Positions 49,021 through 58,975 of a stretch of DNA of 64,000 bases are shown here, one piece after another. Numbering within the stretch: the first letter of the stretch is position 1; each line of letters starts with the position of its first letter. The position numbers were made by a program, and so were the translations under genes. This stretch comes from an uncultured Chloroflexia bacterium (lineage in GTDB: Bacteria; Chloroflexota; Limnocylindria; Limnocylindrales; CSP1-4), in NCBI GenBank assembly GCA_963699965.1, contig CAVOVX010000004.1:452944-516943 (forward strand), given 5' to 3'. Below the pieces are notes generated by a model. The model saw nothing but the letters and a program-made list of their open reading frames with translations, did no database searches and was not told the origin of the DNA.

Positions 49021-50037
49021 ATGCCCGACCAGCTCGTGCCCATCGAGCGGATCCTCGCCGCGCGCGAGGTGGTGAGCGGGCGGGTCCACCGGACCCCGAT
49101 GCTGAGCTCGGCGACGGCAGCCCGGTTCGCCCACGCCGCCGGTCAACGACTTGCCGACGATCGCCTCTACGTCAAGGCCGAGCACCTCCAGAAGACCGGT
49201 TCGTTCAAGCCGCGCGGGATGACGGCCAAGGTCGCGGCGCTGACCAAGGAGCAACGGCGTGCCGGGATCATCACGCTGTCGGCCGGCAACGCGGGCCAGG
49301 CCTATGCCTGGGCCGGCCGGGAAGCCGGCGTCCCGACTGTGGTCGTCATGCCAGCCGGGGCCGTCCGATCGAAGGTCGAAGCCTGTCTCGGCTACGGCGC
49401 CGAAGTCGTCCTCCACGGCGAGCACGTCGGCGAGACGTTCGCCCGGATGGAGGCGATCCGCGACGAGCGCGAGCTCACCTTCGCCCACCCCTTCGACGAT
49501 CCGGATGTGATCGCCGGCCACGGTTCGATCGGGCTCGAGATCCTGGAGGACGTTCCAGAGGTCGACGTCGTAGTTGTCGGTATCGGCGGGGGCGGGCTGA
49601 TCAGCGGCGTGGCCGCTGCTCTCAAGGAGCGCCGCCCGAGCGTCCGGGTGTACGGCGTCGAGCCGGTCGAATCGAATGCCGTGTCGCTCGCCCTCGAGCG
49701 TGGCGAGGTCGTCCCGATCGAGCCACGGAGCGTCGCCGACGGGCTCGGGGCGCCGTTTGCCGGAGCCTGGACGCTCGCGATGTGTCGGCGCTACCTCGAC
49801 GGCATCGTCCTCATCGACGATCCGACGATCCTCGCCGGCCTGCGGTTCGCCGCCGAGCGGATGAAGCAGGTCCTCGAGCCCGCCGGCGCAGCCGCCCTGG
49901 CGGCGGTCCTCGCCGGGCGGATCCCGATCCGCGACGGTGACCGCGTCTGCGTCGTCGCGTCGGGCGGGAACGTGGCCATGGATCGTCTCGGCGAGCTCCT
50001 GGCAGCGGCCGCTCCGCTGCCCGCTGGATCGTCGTGA
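49021..50037 (+). CDS. PLP-dependent threonine/serine dehydratase (threonine ammonia-lyase-like)
   Basis: ATG 49021 in frame with track ORF 48754..50037. YVKAEHLQKTGSFKPRGM (PLP lysine), LSAGNAGQAYA, VGIGGGGLISG. Intact. Confidence 0.85.
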   Translation: MPDQLVPIERILAAREVVSGRVHRTPMLSSATAARFAHAAGQRLADDRLYVKAEHLQKTGSFKPRGMTAKVAALTKEQRRAGIITLSAGNAGQAYAWAGREAGVPTVVVMPAGAVRSKVEACLGYGAEVVLHGEHVGETFARMEAIRDERELTFAHPFDDPDVIAGHGSIGLEILEDVPEVDVVVVGIGGGGLISGVAAALKERRPSVRVYGVEPVESNAVSLALERGEVVPIEPRSVADGLGAPFAGAWTLAMCRRYLDGIVLIDDPTILAGLRFAAERMKQVLEPAGAAALAAVLAGRIPIRDGDRVCVVASGGNVAMDRLGELLAAAAPLPAGSS

Positions 50038-51188
50038 CCGACGACGGCACGGAGGCGTCAGCGCCCGAGCCCGCGGAGCCGGCTGCCGCCTTCGAGCCCG
50101 ACGCGACGGTCGATCTGGCGGGGCCATCGGAGTCGCCGCCGGCGCCCACGCTGGCGCCGGAACCACTCGCGCCCGAGCCGGTGCTGCCTCCGGGACCACC
50201 GGTCTGGCCGGCCGTGGGCGCGGTCCTCTCGGGTTCGCTCGACCTGGTGACCCAGGCCCGGATCCCGCTTCGCAACGCCTCGCTCTACATCGGCCTGCTC
50301 GGCCTGCTGACGATGGGACCGAGCCTGCTGACCCTGCTCGCTCCCGGGGTCGACCTGTTCGCCGAGCCGCCGACGGGGATCGGCGGCTGGATGATCCTGG
50401 CCTGGACGATCTCGTTCCTCGCGATCGTTGCGATCTCGATCGAGGCGGACATCCTCGGCATCGCGATCCTCGGCGGCGCGCGAGCCGGCCGTCCGTTGAC
50501 CCTCGGCGAGGCCCTGCGCCGATCCCGGCAGGTCTTCTGGCGGGTCGTGCGGGCCTCGATCGTCGTGGGAACCGTCAGCTACGTCGTGACGATCGTGCTC
50601 CAGCTCACGCTCGACGCGGTCTTCGGCGAGGCGACCGACGCGGCGCCGGTCGGGGCGACCCTCCTGACGGCGGTGATCATGGCTCCGTTCGTCTACGTCC
50701 CGGTCGGGATCGTCATCGGCGACGTCGCGGCGCTCGAGTCGATCCGGCGCTCGGTCCGGCTTGCCCGCGCCAGGTTCCGGTTGGCGGTCGTTGCGTCGCT
50801 GTTCGCCGCCATCGCCCAGTTCCTTCTCGTGTTCGCCGCGTCGGCCGGGCTGGACCTGGCCCTGCGCGCCCTCGAGCCGTTCCGCGCCGAGCTCGAGACC
50901 CTCGACACCTCGGACACCGGCGGGTTCACGCTGGTGGCCGGGGCAGCGTTCATCGCCCTGTTCGCCTACTGGACGCTGACGTTCACCATCGGCGCCCTGA
51001 CCTCGGCCCCACAGGTCGTGGCGTTCCTCGGGCTGACCGGATACTCGAGCGGGCTCGACGGGGCCCGCGAGGCTCCGGCGGGCGAACCTCGGCGCGACCC
51101 GGCGCCCCGGATGACCCGGCCGATGGCGATCGGCGCGATCGTCGCCGCGCTGGCCTCGCTGCTCGCGCTGGCGACCACCCAAGGCTAG
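50034..51188 (+). CDS. polytopic membrane protein, unknown function (Pro/Ala/Glu-rich N-terminus)
   Basis: Track ORF 50034..51188. GTG overlaps the upstream stop (GTGA). About 6-7 hydrophobic helices. Intact. Confidence 0.6.
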   Translation: MTDDGTEASAPEPAEPAAAFEPDATVDLAGPSESPPAPTLAPEPLAPEPVLPPGPPVWPAVGAVLSGSLDLVTQARIPLRNASLYIGLLGLLTMGPSLLTLLAPGVDLFAEPPTGIGGWMILAWTISFLAIVAISIEADILGIAILGGARAGRPLTLGEALRRSRQVFWRVVRASIVVGTVSYVVTIVLQLTLDAVFGEATDAAPVGATLLTAVIMAPFVYVPVGIVIGDVAALESIRRSVRLARARFRLAVVASLFAAIAQFLLVFAASAGLDLALRALEPFRAELETLDTSDTGGFTLVAGAAFIALFAYWTLTFTIGALTSAPQVVAFLGLTGYSSGLDGAREAPAGEPRRDPAPRMTRPMAIGAIVAALASLLALATTQG

Positions 51189-51199
51189 CCGCGCCTCGT

Positions 51200-51611
51200 C
51201 TACTCGAGGCCGAGCTCGTCGAGCCGGTCGTCATCGATCCCGAGGTGGTGGGCGAGCTCGTGGATCACCGTCACCCGGACCTCGTCGGCGAGCTCGTCCG
51301 GGTCGGGGAAGTCCTCCTCGAGCGGGAGCCGGAAGAGGCTGATCTTGTTCGGGACCGGCACCGGTCGGCGCCCCAGGCGGTCCGCGGCATGCCCTCGTAG
51401 AGGCCGTAGAGCGCGTCGCTCGGTCGAGACCGGCTGTCCGCCGCTGCTCCGGGCTCGGCTCGTCGTCGATCACGATCGCGACCTCGTCGAGGGCGCCGCG
51501 AAACGGCTCGGGGATCCCGTCGAGCGCGCGTTCGACGAGCTGCTCGAACCGGGCGTCGGCCCGGCGTCGTCGGGCGAAGGCGGACCGGGCACCTCGGCGG
51601 CGTTTCGGCAT
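51200..51611 (-). pseudogene. zinicin-like (DUF1025) metallopeptidase-family protein, two frame changes
   Basis: MPKRRRGARSAFARRRRADARFEQLVERALDGIPEPFRGALDEVAIVIDDEPSPEQ / SDALYGLYEGMPRTAWGAD / PVPVPNKISLFRLPLEEDFPDPDELADEVRVTVIHELAHHLGIDDDRLDELGLE* (HExxH). Confidence 0.6.
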
Positions 51612-51632
51612 GGCCCCCGTATCCTAGGCCCG

Positions 51633-52585
51633 ATGGACCTCGCGGCCGACGGCCTTGCCGCGCTCGCGCCCGCCGCCGACCCGGCCGTCGAGCCGGAGGG
51701 CTTCCTCGTCGAGGTCGGGCCAGGCGAGCGGATCCACTTCCTCGACTGGGGCGGCCCAGCCGAGCCCGGCCGGCCGTCCGTCCTGCTGGTCCACGGGCTG
51801 GCCGGCACCGCCTGGGCCTGGGCTGCCCGTTGCGCGCCGGCTTCGGCGGCCGCCGGACCGTCGCGATGGACCTGCGCGGCCACGGCCTGTCGGACGCGCC
51901 GACGACCGGAGTACGACCCCGCGATGCTGGCCGACGGCGTCGTCGCGGTCGCCGAGGGCGCCGGCCTCGTCGGACCGACGCGCATGCGGCGGACCGACCC
52001 GACGGCGTCGTCTGGCCGGCCACGGCTACGGGGCGATCGTCGCGGCCTGGGCCGCGGCGCCACTCGGCCGACGCTGCGCCGGCGCTCGTCCTCGTCGACG
52101 GCGGCTGGCAGGACGTCGGCGCGGCGACCGGGATGGACGCCCGACGAGTTCCTCCGCGACTCGAGGAGCCGCCCGAGGTCATGCGCTCGATGGCGGCCTA
52201 TCTCGCCGACCGGCGCGAGCTGGGACCCGGCGACGCTGGGACGCCGACCAGGAGCGGGCGGCCCGGGCGGCCGTCGTCGAAATGCCGGCCGGCCACGTCG
52301 TGCCGGTCGACCGGCCGCACGCGCTCGAGCGGGCGGTCGAGGCGATGTTCGCCTACCGGCCGATCGAGACGCTGCGCGGCGCTCGAGCCGCCGATCGGGC
52401 GCTCGTCGGCCGTCGACGACGAGGCGGCCGACCGAGGAGGCCGCGCTGGACCGAGCTCCAGGACGCCCGCCGGGCGGCCGGGCGGCCATCGATCGACGTC
52501 GCGCGTTCCCGCCGCGGTCACAACCTGCTCCGCTACCGGCCGGCCGAGCTGGCCGGCGGCGATCCTCCGGCTCGCTGGCCGCTAG
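51633..52585 (+). pseudogene. alpha/beta hydrolase, about eight frame changes
   Basis: MDLAADGLAAL..ERIHFLDWGGPAEPGRPSVLLVHGLAGTAWAWA / RTVAMDLRGHGLSDAPTTG / YDPAMLADGVVAVAEGAGL / VVLAGHGYGAIVAAWAAA / LVLVDGGWQD / DEFLRD / PPEVMRSMAAYLADRRE / ADQERAARAAVVEMPAGHVVPVDRPHALERAVEAMFAY, spread over three frames. Confidence 0.6.
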
Positions 52586-52623
52586 CAGCTGCCGAGCCGA
52601 CCAGCCCGTCGCGGAGGGATCCG

Positions 52624-53736
52624 ATGCGCGTCGTCTACACGCCCGCCCATCTCGGCCACGACATCGTGACCGAGACGGTCATGGGCCAGTCGATCCCGGC
52701 CAACGAGGTCGCCGAGCGGGCCGAGCGATCCGGGCGGCGCTCGAGGCCGACGGCGGCTTCGAGCTCGAGGCGCCGACCGAGCACGGCGACGGACCCGATC
52801 ATCGCCGTCCACGACCCGGGCTCGTGCGCTTCCTCGAGGAGGCCTGGCCCGCAGGTCGACGCCGAGGGGATCGACCGGCCGCGCTCATCGCCGGACACGT
52901 TCCCGTGCGCGGCCTGTCCGAGGGATGCGCGCCGGAGCCGGCGGCGGCTCGAGCCGCGAGACGCGCGATCTCCGGCCGGGCCGGGTTCTGGGGCCTCGAC
53001 ACGTCCACACCCCTCGTGGCCGGGACGTACGGGCGGCCCGCGCCGCGGTCGACGTCGCCCTGACCGCGGCCGATCTCGTCCTCGACGGCGGCGCGACCTC
53101 GGTCTACGGGCTGTGCCGGCCGCCCGGCCACCACGCCGCGCGCTCGATGTACGGCGGCTACTGCTTCTTCAACAACGCGGCGATCGCGGCCGAGTCGATC
53201 GTCCGCCCGACGGCGAGCGCGTCGCGATCCTCGACCTCGACTATCACCACGGCAACGGCACCCAGCAGATCTTCTGGCGTCGCGGCGACGTGCTCTACGT
53301 CTCGATCCACGCCGATCCCGACCGGCAGTACCCGTACTACCTCGGCCGGGCCGACGAGACCGGCGAGGGGCCGGGCGCCGGCGCGAACCTCAACCTGCCG
53401 CTGCCGGCCGGCTCGACGACGAGCGCTACCTCGAGGCCCTCGACCGGGCGCTCGAGGCGATCGCGGCGACGCCGGGCTCGGTCGTCGTCGTCTCGCTCGG
53501 CTTCGACACCTACGGCCACGACCCGATCTGCGACTTCGCCCTGACGACCGCCGTCTATCACGAGATCGGCCGCCGGGTGGCCGCGCTCGGGCGCCGGCTC
53601 GTCGATCCTCCAGGAGGGCGGCTACCACCGGCCGTCGCTCGGCGAGAACGCCCGGGCCTGGCTGCGCGGCGCCGAGGGTCGGCCGCTCGATCACGTGCCC
53701 GCGACCGGCTCGGGCGAGACGGGCACGAGAACGTAG
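52624..53736 (+). pseudogene. histone-deacetylase-family (acetylpolyamine/acetoin-utilization type) amidohydrolase, at least five frame changes
   Basis: ATG 52624 after GGAGGGA. MRVVYTPAHLGHD / RAALEADGGFELEAPTEHGDGP / IIAVHDPG / LVRFLEEAW / VYGLCRPPGHHAARSMYGGYCFFNNAAIAAE / RVAILDLDYHHGNGTQQIFWRRGDVLYVSIH / VVVVSLGFDTYGHDP / ILQEGGY. Confidence 0.7.
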
Positions 53737-53873
53737 AGCAGGGCCACCGCCCGCATCCGCGACGGAACCGGCGCTACCATCCGCGGCGTAGAGGAGTTCG
53801 ATGACCGTCCTGCCCGAGCACGTCCAGAAGATCGTCTCCGAGATCGAGACCGAGATCGGGGACGCGCCGGGCG

Positions 53874-54488
53874 ATGCCGAGCTCGCGATCGAGGGCGGAG
53901 CGACTCCGCGGTCACGATGACAGCGGGCGGGTCGAGGCCGCGGTCCGCGAGATCCTGACCGAGATCGGCGAGGATCCCGACCGGCAGGGCCTCGTCGGGA
54001 CGCCGGCCCGCGTCCACCGGATGTACACCGAGCTGACCGCCGGCTACCACGTCGACCCGGCCCGGCTGCTGAACGGGGCGATCTTCGAGGTCGACTACTC
54101 GGAGATGGTGGTCGTCAAGGACATCCCGTTCTACAGCCTGTGCGAGCACCACCTCCTGCCGTTCTTCGGTGCCGCGGCCGTCGCCTACATCCCGAGGGGC
54201 CGGGTCGTCGGCCTGTCGAAGATCCCCCGGATCGTCGAGATGTACGCCCGCCGGCTCCAGGTCCAGGAGCGGCTGACCCAGCAGATCGCCGACCTGCTCC
54301 AGGACCAGCTCACCCCGCAGGGGGTCGGCGTGGTCATCGAGGCGACCCACCTGTGCGCGGTGATGCGCGGCGTGCGCAAGCCTGGCACCGTGATGACGAC
54401 GAGCGCCGTCCTCGGGCTGTTCCGGTCGCGCGACAAGACCCGCTCCGAGTTCCTGGCGCACCTCGAGCGCCGGACCCCGGGCGTCTAG
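53874..54488 (+). CDS. folE: GTP cyclohydrolase I
   Basis: Track ORF 53874..54488. [50 protein letters not shown] coding-looking segment from ATG 53801 (after GAGGAG; [32 protein letters not shown]) in another frame suggests the true 5' end may be 53801 with one frame change near 53895. Confidence 0.85.
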   Translation: MPSSRSRAERLRGHDDSGRVEAAVREILTEIGEDPDRQGLVGTPARVHRMYTELTAGYHVDPARLLNGAIFEVDYSEMVVVKDIPFYSLCEHHLLPFFGAAAVAYIPRGRVVGLSKIPRIVEMYARRLQVQERLTQQIADLLQDQLTPQGVGVVIEATHLCAVMRGVRKPGTVMTTSAVLGLFRSRDKTRSEFLAHLERRTPGV

Positions 54489-54497
54489 GCCACCCGG

Positions 54498-55253
54498 GTG
54501 GACGCCGGCCTCGCCGGGAGGGTCGTCCTGGTGACCGGCGGCGGGGGTGGAGCCGGACCCACGTTCTGTCGTCGGTTCGCCGACGAAGGGGCGTTCGTCG
54601 CGGTCAACTATCGGGCGAGCGCGGCTCGGGCCGAGGCAACCGCGGCCGAGATCGTGGCGGCCGGCGGTCGGGCGGTCGCCTACCGGTGCGACCTCGGCGA
54701 CGCGGGCGCGATCGCGGCAATGGTGGCCCGGATCGAGGTCGAGCTCGGGCCGGTCGCCGTCGCGGTCAACAACACGTCGAACTATCGGTCCGACGCTTTC
54801 GCCGAGATCGATGACGGGGACTGGGCGACGGTCGTCGACGACATGCTCGGGGCCACGTTCCGGGTGTCCAGGGCAGTCGTTCCCGGGATGACCGCCGCCG
54901 GGTTCGGACGGATCGTGAACCTGGTGTCGCGCTCGGGCGTCGTCGGCGTTGCGCGGGCCGCCCACTACGCATCGGCCAAGGCCGGCATCGTCGGATTGAC
55001 CCGGTCACTGGCCAAGGAGCTCGGTCCGGCCGGGATCCTCGTCAACGCGGTCGCGCCAACGACGATCGTCACCGAACGGGACGGCGTGCCGTCCGTGCCG
55101 CCCGAGCGCCAGGCGACGATGGCGAAGAGCGTCCCGATCGGTCGCCTGGCCGTTCCGGACGACGTCGCCCGGGTGGTCGTCTGGCTCGGCTCGGCCTACA
55201 ACACGTTCCTCAACGGAGAGGTCGTCACGGTCTCCGGCGGCGCCCGGACCTGA
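54498..55253 (+). CDS. SDR-family oxidoreductase (FabG-like)
   Basis: Track ORF 54498..55253, intact. VVLVTGGGGGAG, NNTS, YASAKAGIVGLTRSLAKEL (YxxxK). Confidence 0.85.
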   Translation: MDAGLAGRVVLVTGGGGGAGPTFCRRFADEGAFVAVNYRASAARAEATAAEIVAAGGRAVAYRCDLGDAGAIAAMVARIEVELGPVAVAVNNTSNYRSDAFAEIDDGDWATVVDDMLGATFRVSRAVVPGMTAAGFGRIVNLVSRSGVVGVARAAHYASAKAGIVGLTRSLAKELGPAGILVNAVAPTTIVTERDGVPSVPPERQATMAKSVPIGRLAVPDDVARVVVWLGSAYNTFLNGEVVTVSGGART

Positions 55254-55423
55254 CCGCGCCGAGCCCACGAAGTGGTGCGTCGACGCACCATCCGATCGCG
55301 ATCCGGGTTGCCGATTCCGGTGCGCGCGTGCCACGCTGGGTAGCCCAACGCCCAACCAGGTGCGGAGCGGGCCTTCCGCACCATGGAGACGGGCGACCGC
55401 CGGCCCGGACGAGGAGGACCCAC

Positions 55424-56549
55424 GTGATCAATCGCCGCGCCCGACGTGTCGGGCTGGCGCTGGCGGCCATCGTCGGCCTGTCGCTTGCGCTGGCCGGCCC
55501 GATGGAGGCCCATGGGCCATCGGTCAAGGTCATCGCCAAGCACCTCAACAATCCCCGCGGCATCGCCGTTACCTGGGACGGTCGCGTCCTCGTCGCGGCC
55601 GCCGGCAAGGGCGGCCCCGCTGGCTACGGGCTGACCGGCAAGATCGTCGCGATCCGCAACACCACGTCCGAACTATTCGCGGCCGGCTGCCATCGGTCAT
55701 CTCGCCCGAGGGTGAGGTCTCCGGGGTCGGTCAACGTCGCGGTCGGGCGCGACGGCCGAATCGTCGCGGTCTTCGGCGGCGGTCCCCAGAACGTCAACAA
55801 GATGTTCGAGTCGCTCGTCAAGATCCGCGGCCACCACACGCCGGCCATCCTGGCCGACATCGGGGCCTACCAGATGAGCGACCCCGATCCGACCGACCTC
55901 GACCAGCCGCCAAACCCGACCGAGTCGAACCCCTACGGGATCGCCGCACTTTCGCACGGCCGGACGCTGGTCACCGACGCGGCGGCAACGACCTGCTCCT
56001 GATTAACCGCGGCGGGCAAGATCGAGACGGTCGCCCGCTTCCCGAACGAGCTGATCACGACCGACTCGCTGCCGCCGTCCTTCGGCGTCCCGCCCGGACT
56101 CACGTTCCCGGCCGAGGCCGTTCCGACGTCGGTCGCCGTCGGCCCCGACGGCTACTGGTACGTCGGTGAGCTCAAGGGCTTCCCGTTCAGGCCGGGACGT
56201 CGCGGATCTGGCGGGTCGCGCCGTGGGCGCGCAACGTCACCTGCGATCCGACCGCCACGAGCGGGCCGTGCACCCTGTTCATGGACGGCTTCACCTCGAT
56301 CGTCGGGGTCGCCTGGGGCAAGCACGAACGCTGTACGTGATCGAGATCGTCAAGACCGGCGTGGCCGGCCTTTCGCCGGGACCGACACGGTCGGCGCCTG
56401 CTCAAGGTCAAGCACGGGGTCGTCACGGAGCTCGTGCCGGGTCGCCTGACCGGCCGGGCGGCGTCGCCGTCGGCCGGAACGGGGCGATCTACGTCACGAA
56501 CCAGAGCGTCTCGGTCGGTGGCGGGGAGGTGCTCCGGATCAGGCCCTGA
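55424..56549 (+). pseudogene. secreted ScyD/ScyE-like beta-propeller protein, about five frame changes
   Basis: GTG 55424 after GAGGAGGA. VINRRARRVGLALAAIVGLSLALAGP signal, VIAKHLNNPRGIAVTWDGRVLVAAAGKGG / LPSVISPEGEVSG / VAVGRDGRIVAVFGGGPQ..NPYGIAAL / AAGKIETVARFPNE..VAVGPDGYWYVGELKGFPF / LYVIEIVK / GVAVGRNGAIYVTNQSVSVGGGEVLRIRP*. Confidence 0.55.
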
Positions 56550-56632
56550 GCCTCGGTCCACACAGTGCAGACCCGTCGCGGCCCGGCCTTCCGACCGGGC
56601 CGCGACGCCTGTCCGGGGCCCTACAATGGGCC

Positions 56633-57042
56633 ATGACCGACCGGCCGATCAAGGTCCTGATCGCCAAGCCCGGCCTCGACGGGCACGATCGCGGGCGCGA
56701 AGGTCCTCGCGCGCGGGCTGCGCGACGAGGGGTTCGAGGTCGTCTACACGGGCCTGCGCCAGACGCCCGAGATGATCGCGACGGCCGCGCTCCAGGAGGA
56801 CGTCGACGTCGTCGGCCTGTCGATCCTGTCGGGCGCCCACATGACGCTGCTGCCGCGGATCTGCGCGCTGCTCCGCGAGCGAGGGCCTCGATCGACGTCC
56901 TCGTGACGGCCGGCGGGATCATCCCGGACGACGACATCCCGGCGCTCAAGGCGGCCGGCGTGGCGGCCGGTGTTCGGCCCCGGCACGACGATCGGCGAGG
57001 TCGCCGACGTTCATCCGGGCCAACGTCCGTTCGCGCGACTAG
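56633..57042 (+). pseudogene. acyl-CoA mutase small subunit (B12-binding domain), two or more frame changes
   Basis: [21 protein letters not shown] (DxHxxG) / [63 protein letters not shown] / [24 protein letters not shown] / [13 protein letters not shown] / [10 protein letters not shown] (TAG 57040-57042). Confidence 0.75.
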
Positions 57043-58097
57043 GGTGGGCCGGCGACGCGGCCGCCCGCGGGGAGGAGCTCGCCGACGCCGCGCTGGCCGG
57101 CGACCGACGCGCGCTCGCCCGGCTCCTGACGGCGATCGAGAACCGGACCGCGGCGGCCGAGGTCGCGCTGCGCCGGCTCTACCCGACGCGCCGGCCGGGC
57201 CCACCTCGTCGGGATCACCGGGCCGCCCGGCTCCGGCAAGTCGACGCTCGTCGCGGCGCTGATCGCCGAGGTCCGACGGGCCGGCCGGGCGGTCGCCGTG
57301 GTCGCGGTCGACCCGTCGAGCCCGATCACCGGCGGGGCGATCCTCGGCGACCGGGTCCGGATGCAGGCGCTATGCCGCCGATCGCGACGTGTTCATCCGG
57401 TCGATGGCGGCGCGCGGCCACGCCGGCGGGCTGGCGGCGACCACCGGAGCGGCCTGCTGCGGTCCTCGACGCGGCCGGCTTCGATCTGATCCTCATCGAG
57501 ACGGTCGGGACCGGCCAGAGCGAGGTCGAGGTGGCCTCGGCGGCCGACACCACGGTCGTCCTCGAGGCGCCCGAGATGGGCGACGAGGTGCAGGCGATCA
57601 AGGCCGGCCTGCTCGAGGTCGCCGACATCGTCGTCGTCAACAAGGGCGATCGGCCCGGGGCCGCACCGAACGGCGGCCCAGCTGCGGGCGATGCTGGTGG
57701 CGGCACCCGGCGCCGGCGGCGCACGATCGCCCGGCGGACCGGCCGCAGCCGAAGCGTCCCGAGGTCATGATCACGACCGCCTCGACCGGGGACGGCGTCG
57801 CCGGAGCTGCTCGCCGCGCTCGATCGGCACCGGCCGGCGGGACGGGACGATCCGGGCGCCGCCGCCCGGCGGGCCCGAGCCGAGACGCAGATCCAGGCGA
57901 TCGTCGACGAGCGGCTGGCGCGCGCGACTGCGATCGCCGGGCCTCGCCGGACTGACCGAGGCAACGCGACCGAGGTCGTCGAGCACCGGCTCGACCCGTA
58001 CTCCGCGGCCGATCGCCTCATCGCGGCGCTCGTCCCGGGCGGTTCCGACGGCGACCCGGCTGACGCCACCGGTCGCCATGACGGCTCCAGCGGCTAG
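57043..58097 (+). pseudogene. meaB: methylmalonyl-CoA-mutase-associated G-protein chaperone (MeaB/ArgK), about six frame changes, start codon unclear
   Basis: [23 protein letters not shown] / [55 protein letters not shown] / [17 protein letters not shown] / [64 protein letters not shown] / VVEHRLDPYSAADRLIAAL...* (TAG 58095-58097). Confidence 0.75.
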
Positions 58098-58107
58098 GCT
58101 GCCGGGC

Positions 58108-58975
58108 GTGAGCATCGAGCGGGTCTTCGTCGCGGGCGCCGGGCTGATGGGCCACGGCATCGCCCAGGTCCACGCGGCGATCGGCAAGCAGGTCAGCCTG
58201 TACGAGCCGGACCTCGCCCGGGCCGAGGCCGGTCGCGACCGGATCGCCGGCAATCTCGACCGGGCCGTCGCCAAGGGCCGGCTCGAGGCCGACGGAGCGC
58301 GACGCAGATCCTGACCCGGATCGTCCCGACCGACGATCTCGACGGCCGTCGGCGCGGCCGACCTGGTCGTCGAGGCCGTGTTCGAGGACCTCGACGTCAA
58401 GCCGGACCTCTGGCGGACGCTCGACGAGCGGCGCCCCGGCGACGGCGATCTTCGCCTCGAACACGAGCTCGATCTCGATCGACCGGCTGGCCGAGGCGCT
58501 GGCGCCGCGCGCGCCGGCGTGCGCTTCGCCGGGATGCACTTCTTCAGCCCGGTCCCGGTCATGCCGCTCATCGAGCTGATCCGCGGCAGCGCCACCGACG
58601 ATGCCACCGAAGCGGCGATCCGGGCGCTCGCCGCCGAGCTCGGGAAGCAGGTCATCGTCAGCGCTGATCGACCCGGGTTCCTCGTCAACCGGATCCTGAT
58701 GCCGCTCCTCGCCGAGGCGATGCGGGCGTTCGAGGAGGGCGTCGGGCACGGCCGAGGACATCGACACGGGGGCGCGGGTCGGCCTGAACCACCCGATGGG
58801 CCCGCTCGAGCTGGCCGACTTCATCGGCCTCGATGTCTGCCTCGGGATCATGCGCGTGCTCCACGACGGGCTCGGCGGCGAGCAGTTCCGGCCGCCGGCC
58901 GTGCTCGAGGACCTCGTCGCGGCGGGTCACCTCGGCCAGAAGACCGGCCGGGGCTTCTACACCTACCCGCGCTGA
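58108..58975 (+). pseudogene. hbd: 3-hydroxyacyl-CoA (3-hydroxybutyryl-CoA) dehydrogenase, about four frame changes
   Basis: GTG 58108. VSIERVFVAGAGLMGHGIAQVHAAIGKQVSLYEPD / ADLVVEAVFEDLDVKPDLWRTLDE / [55 protein letters not shown] / [42 protein letters not shown]. Confidence 0.75.
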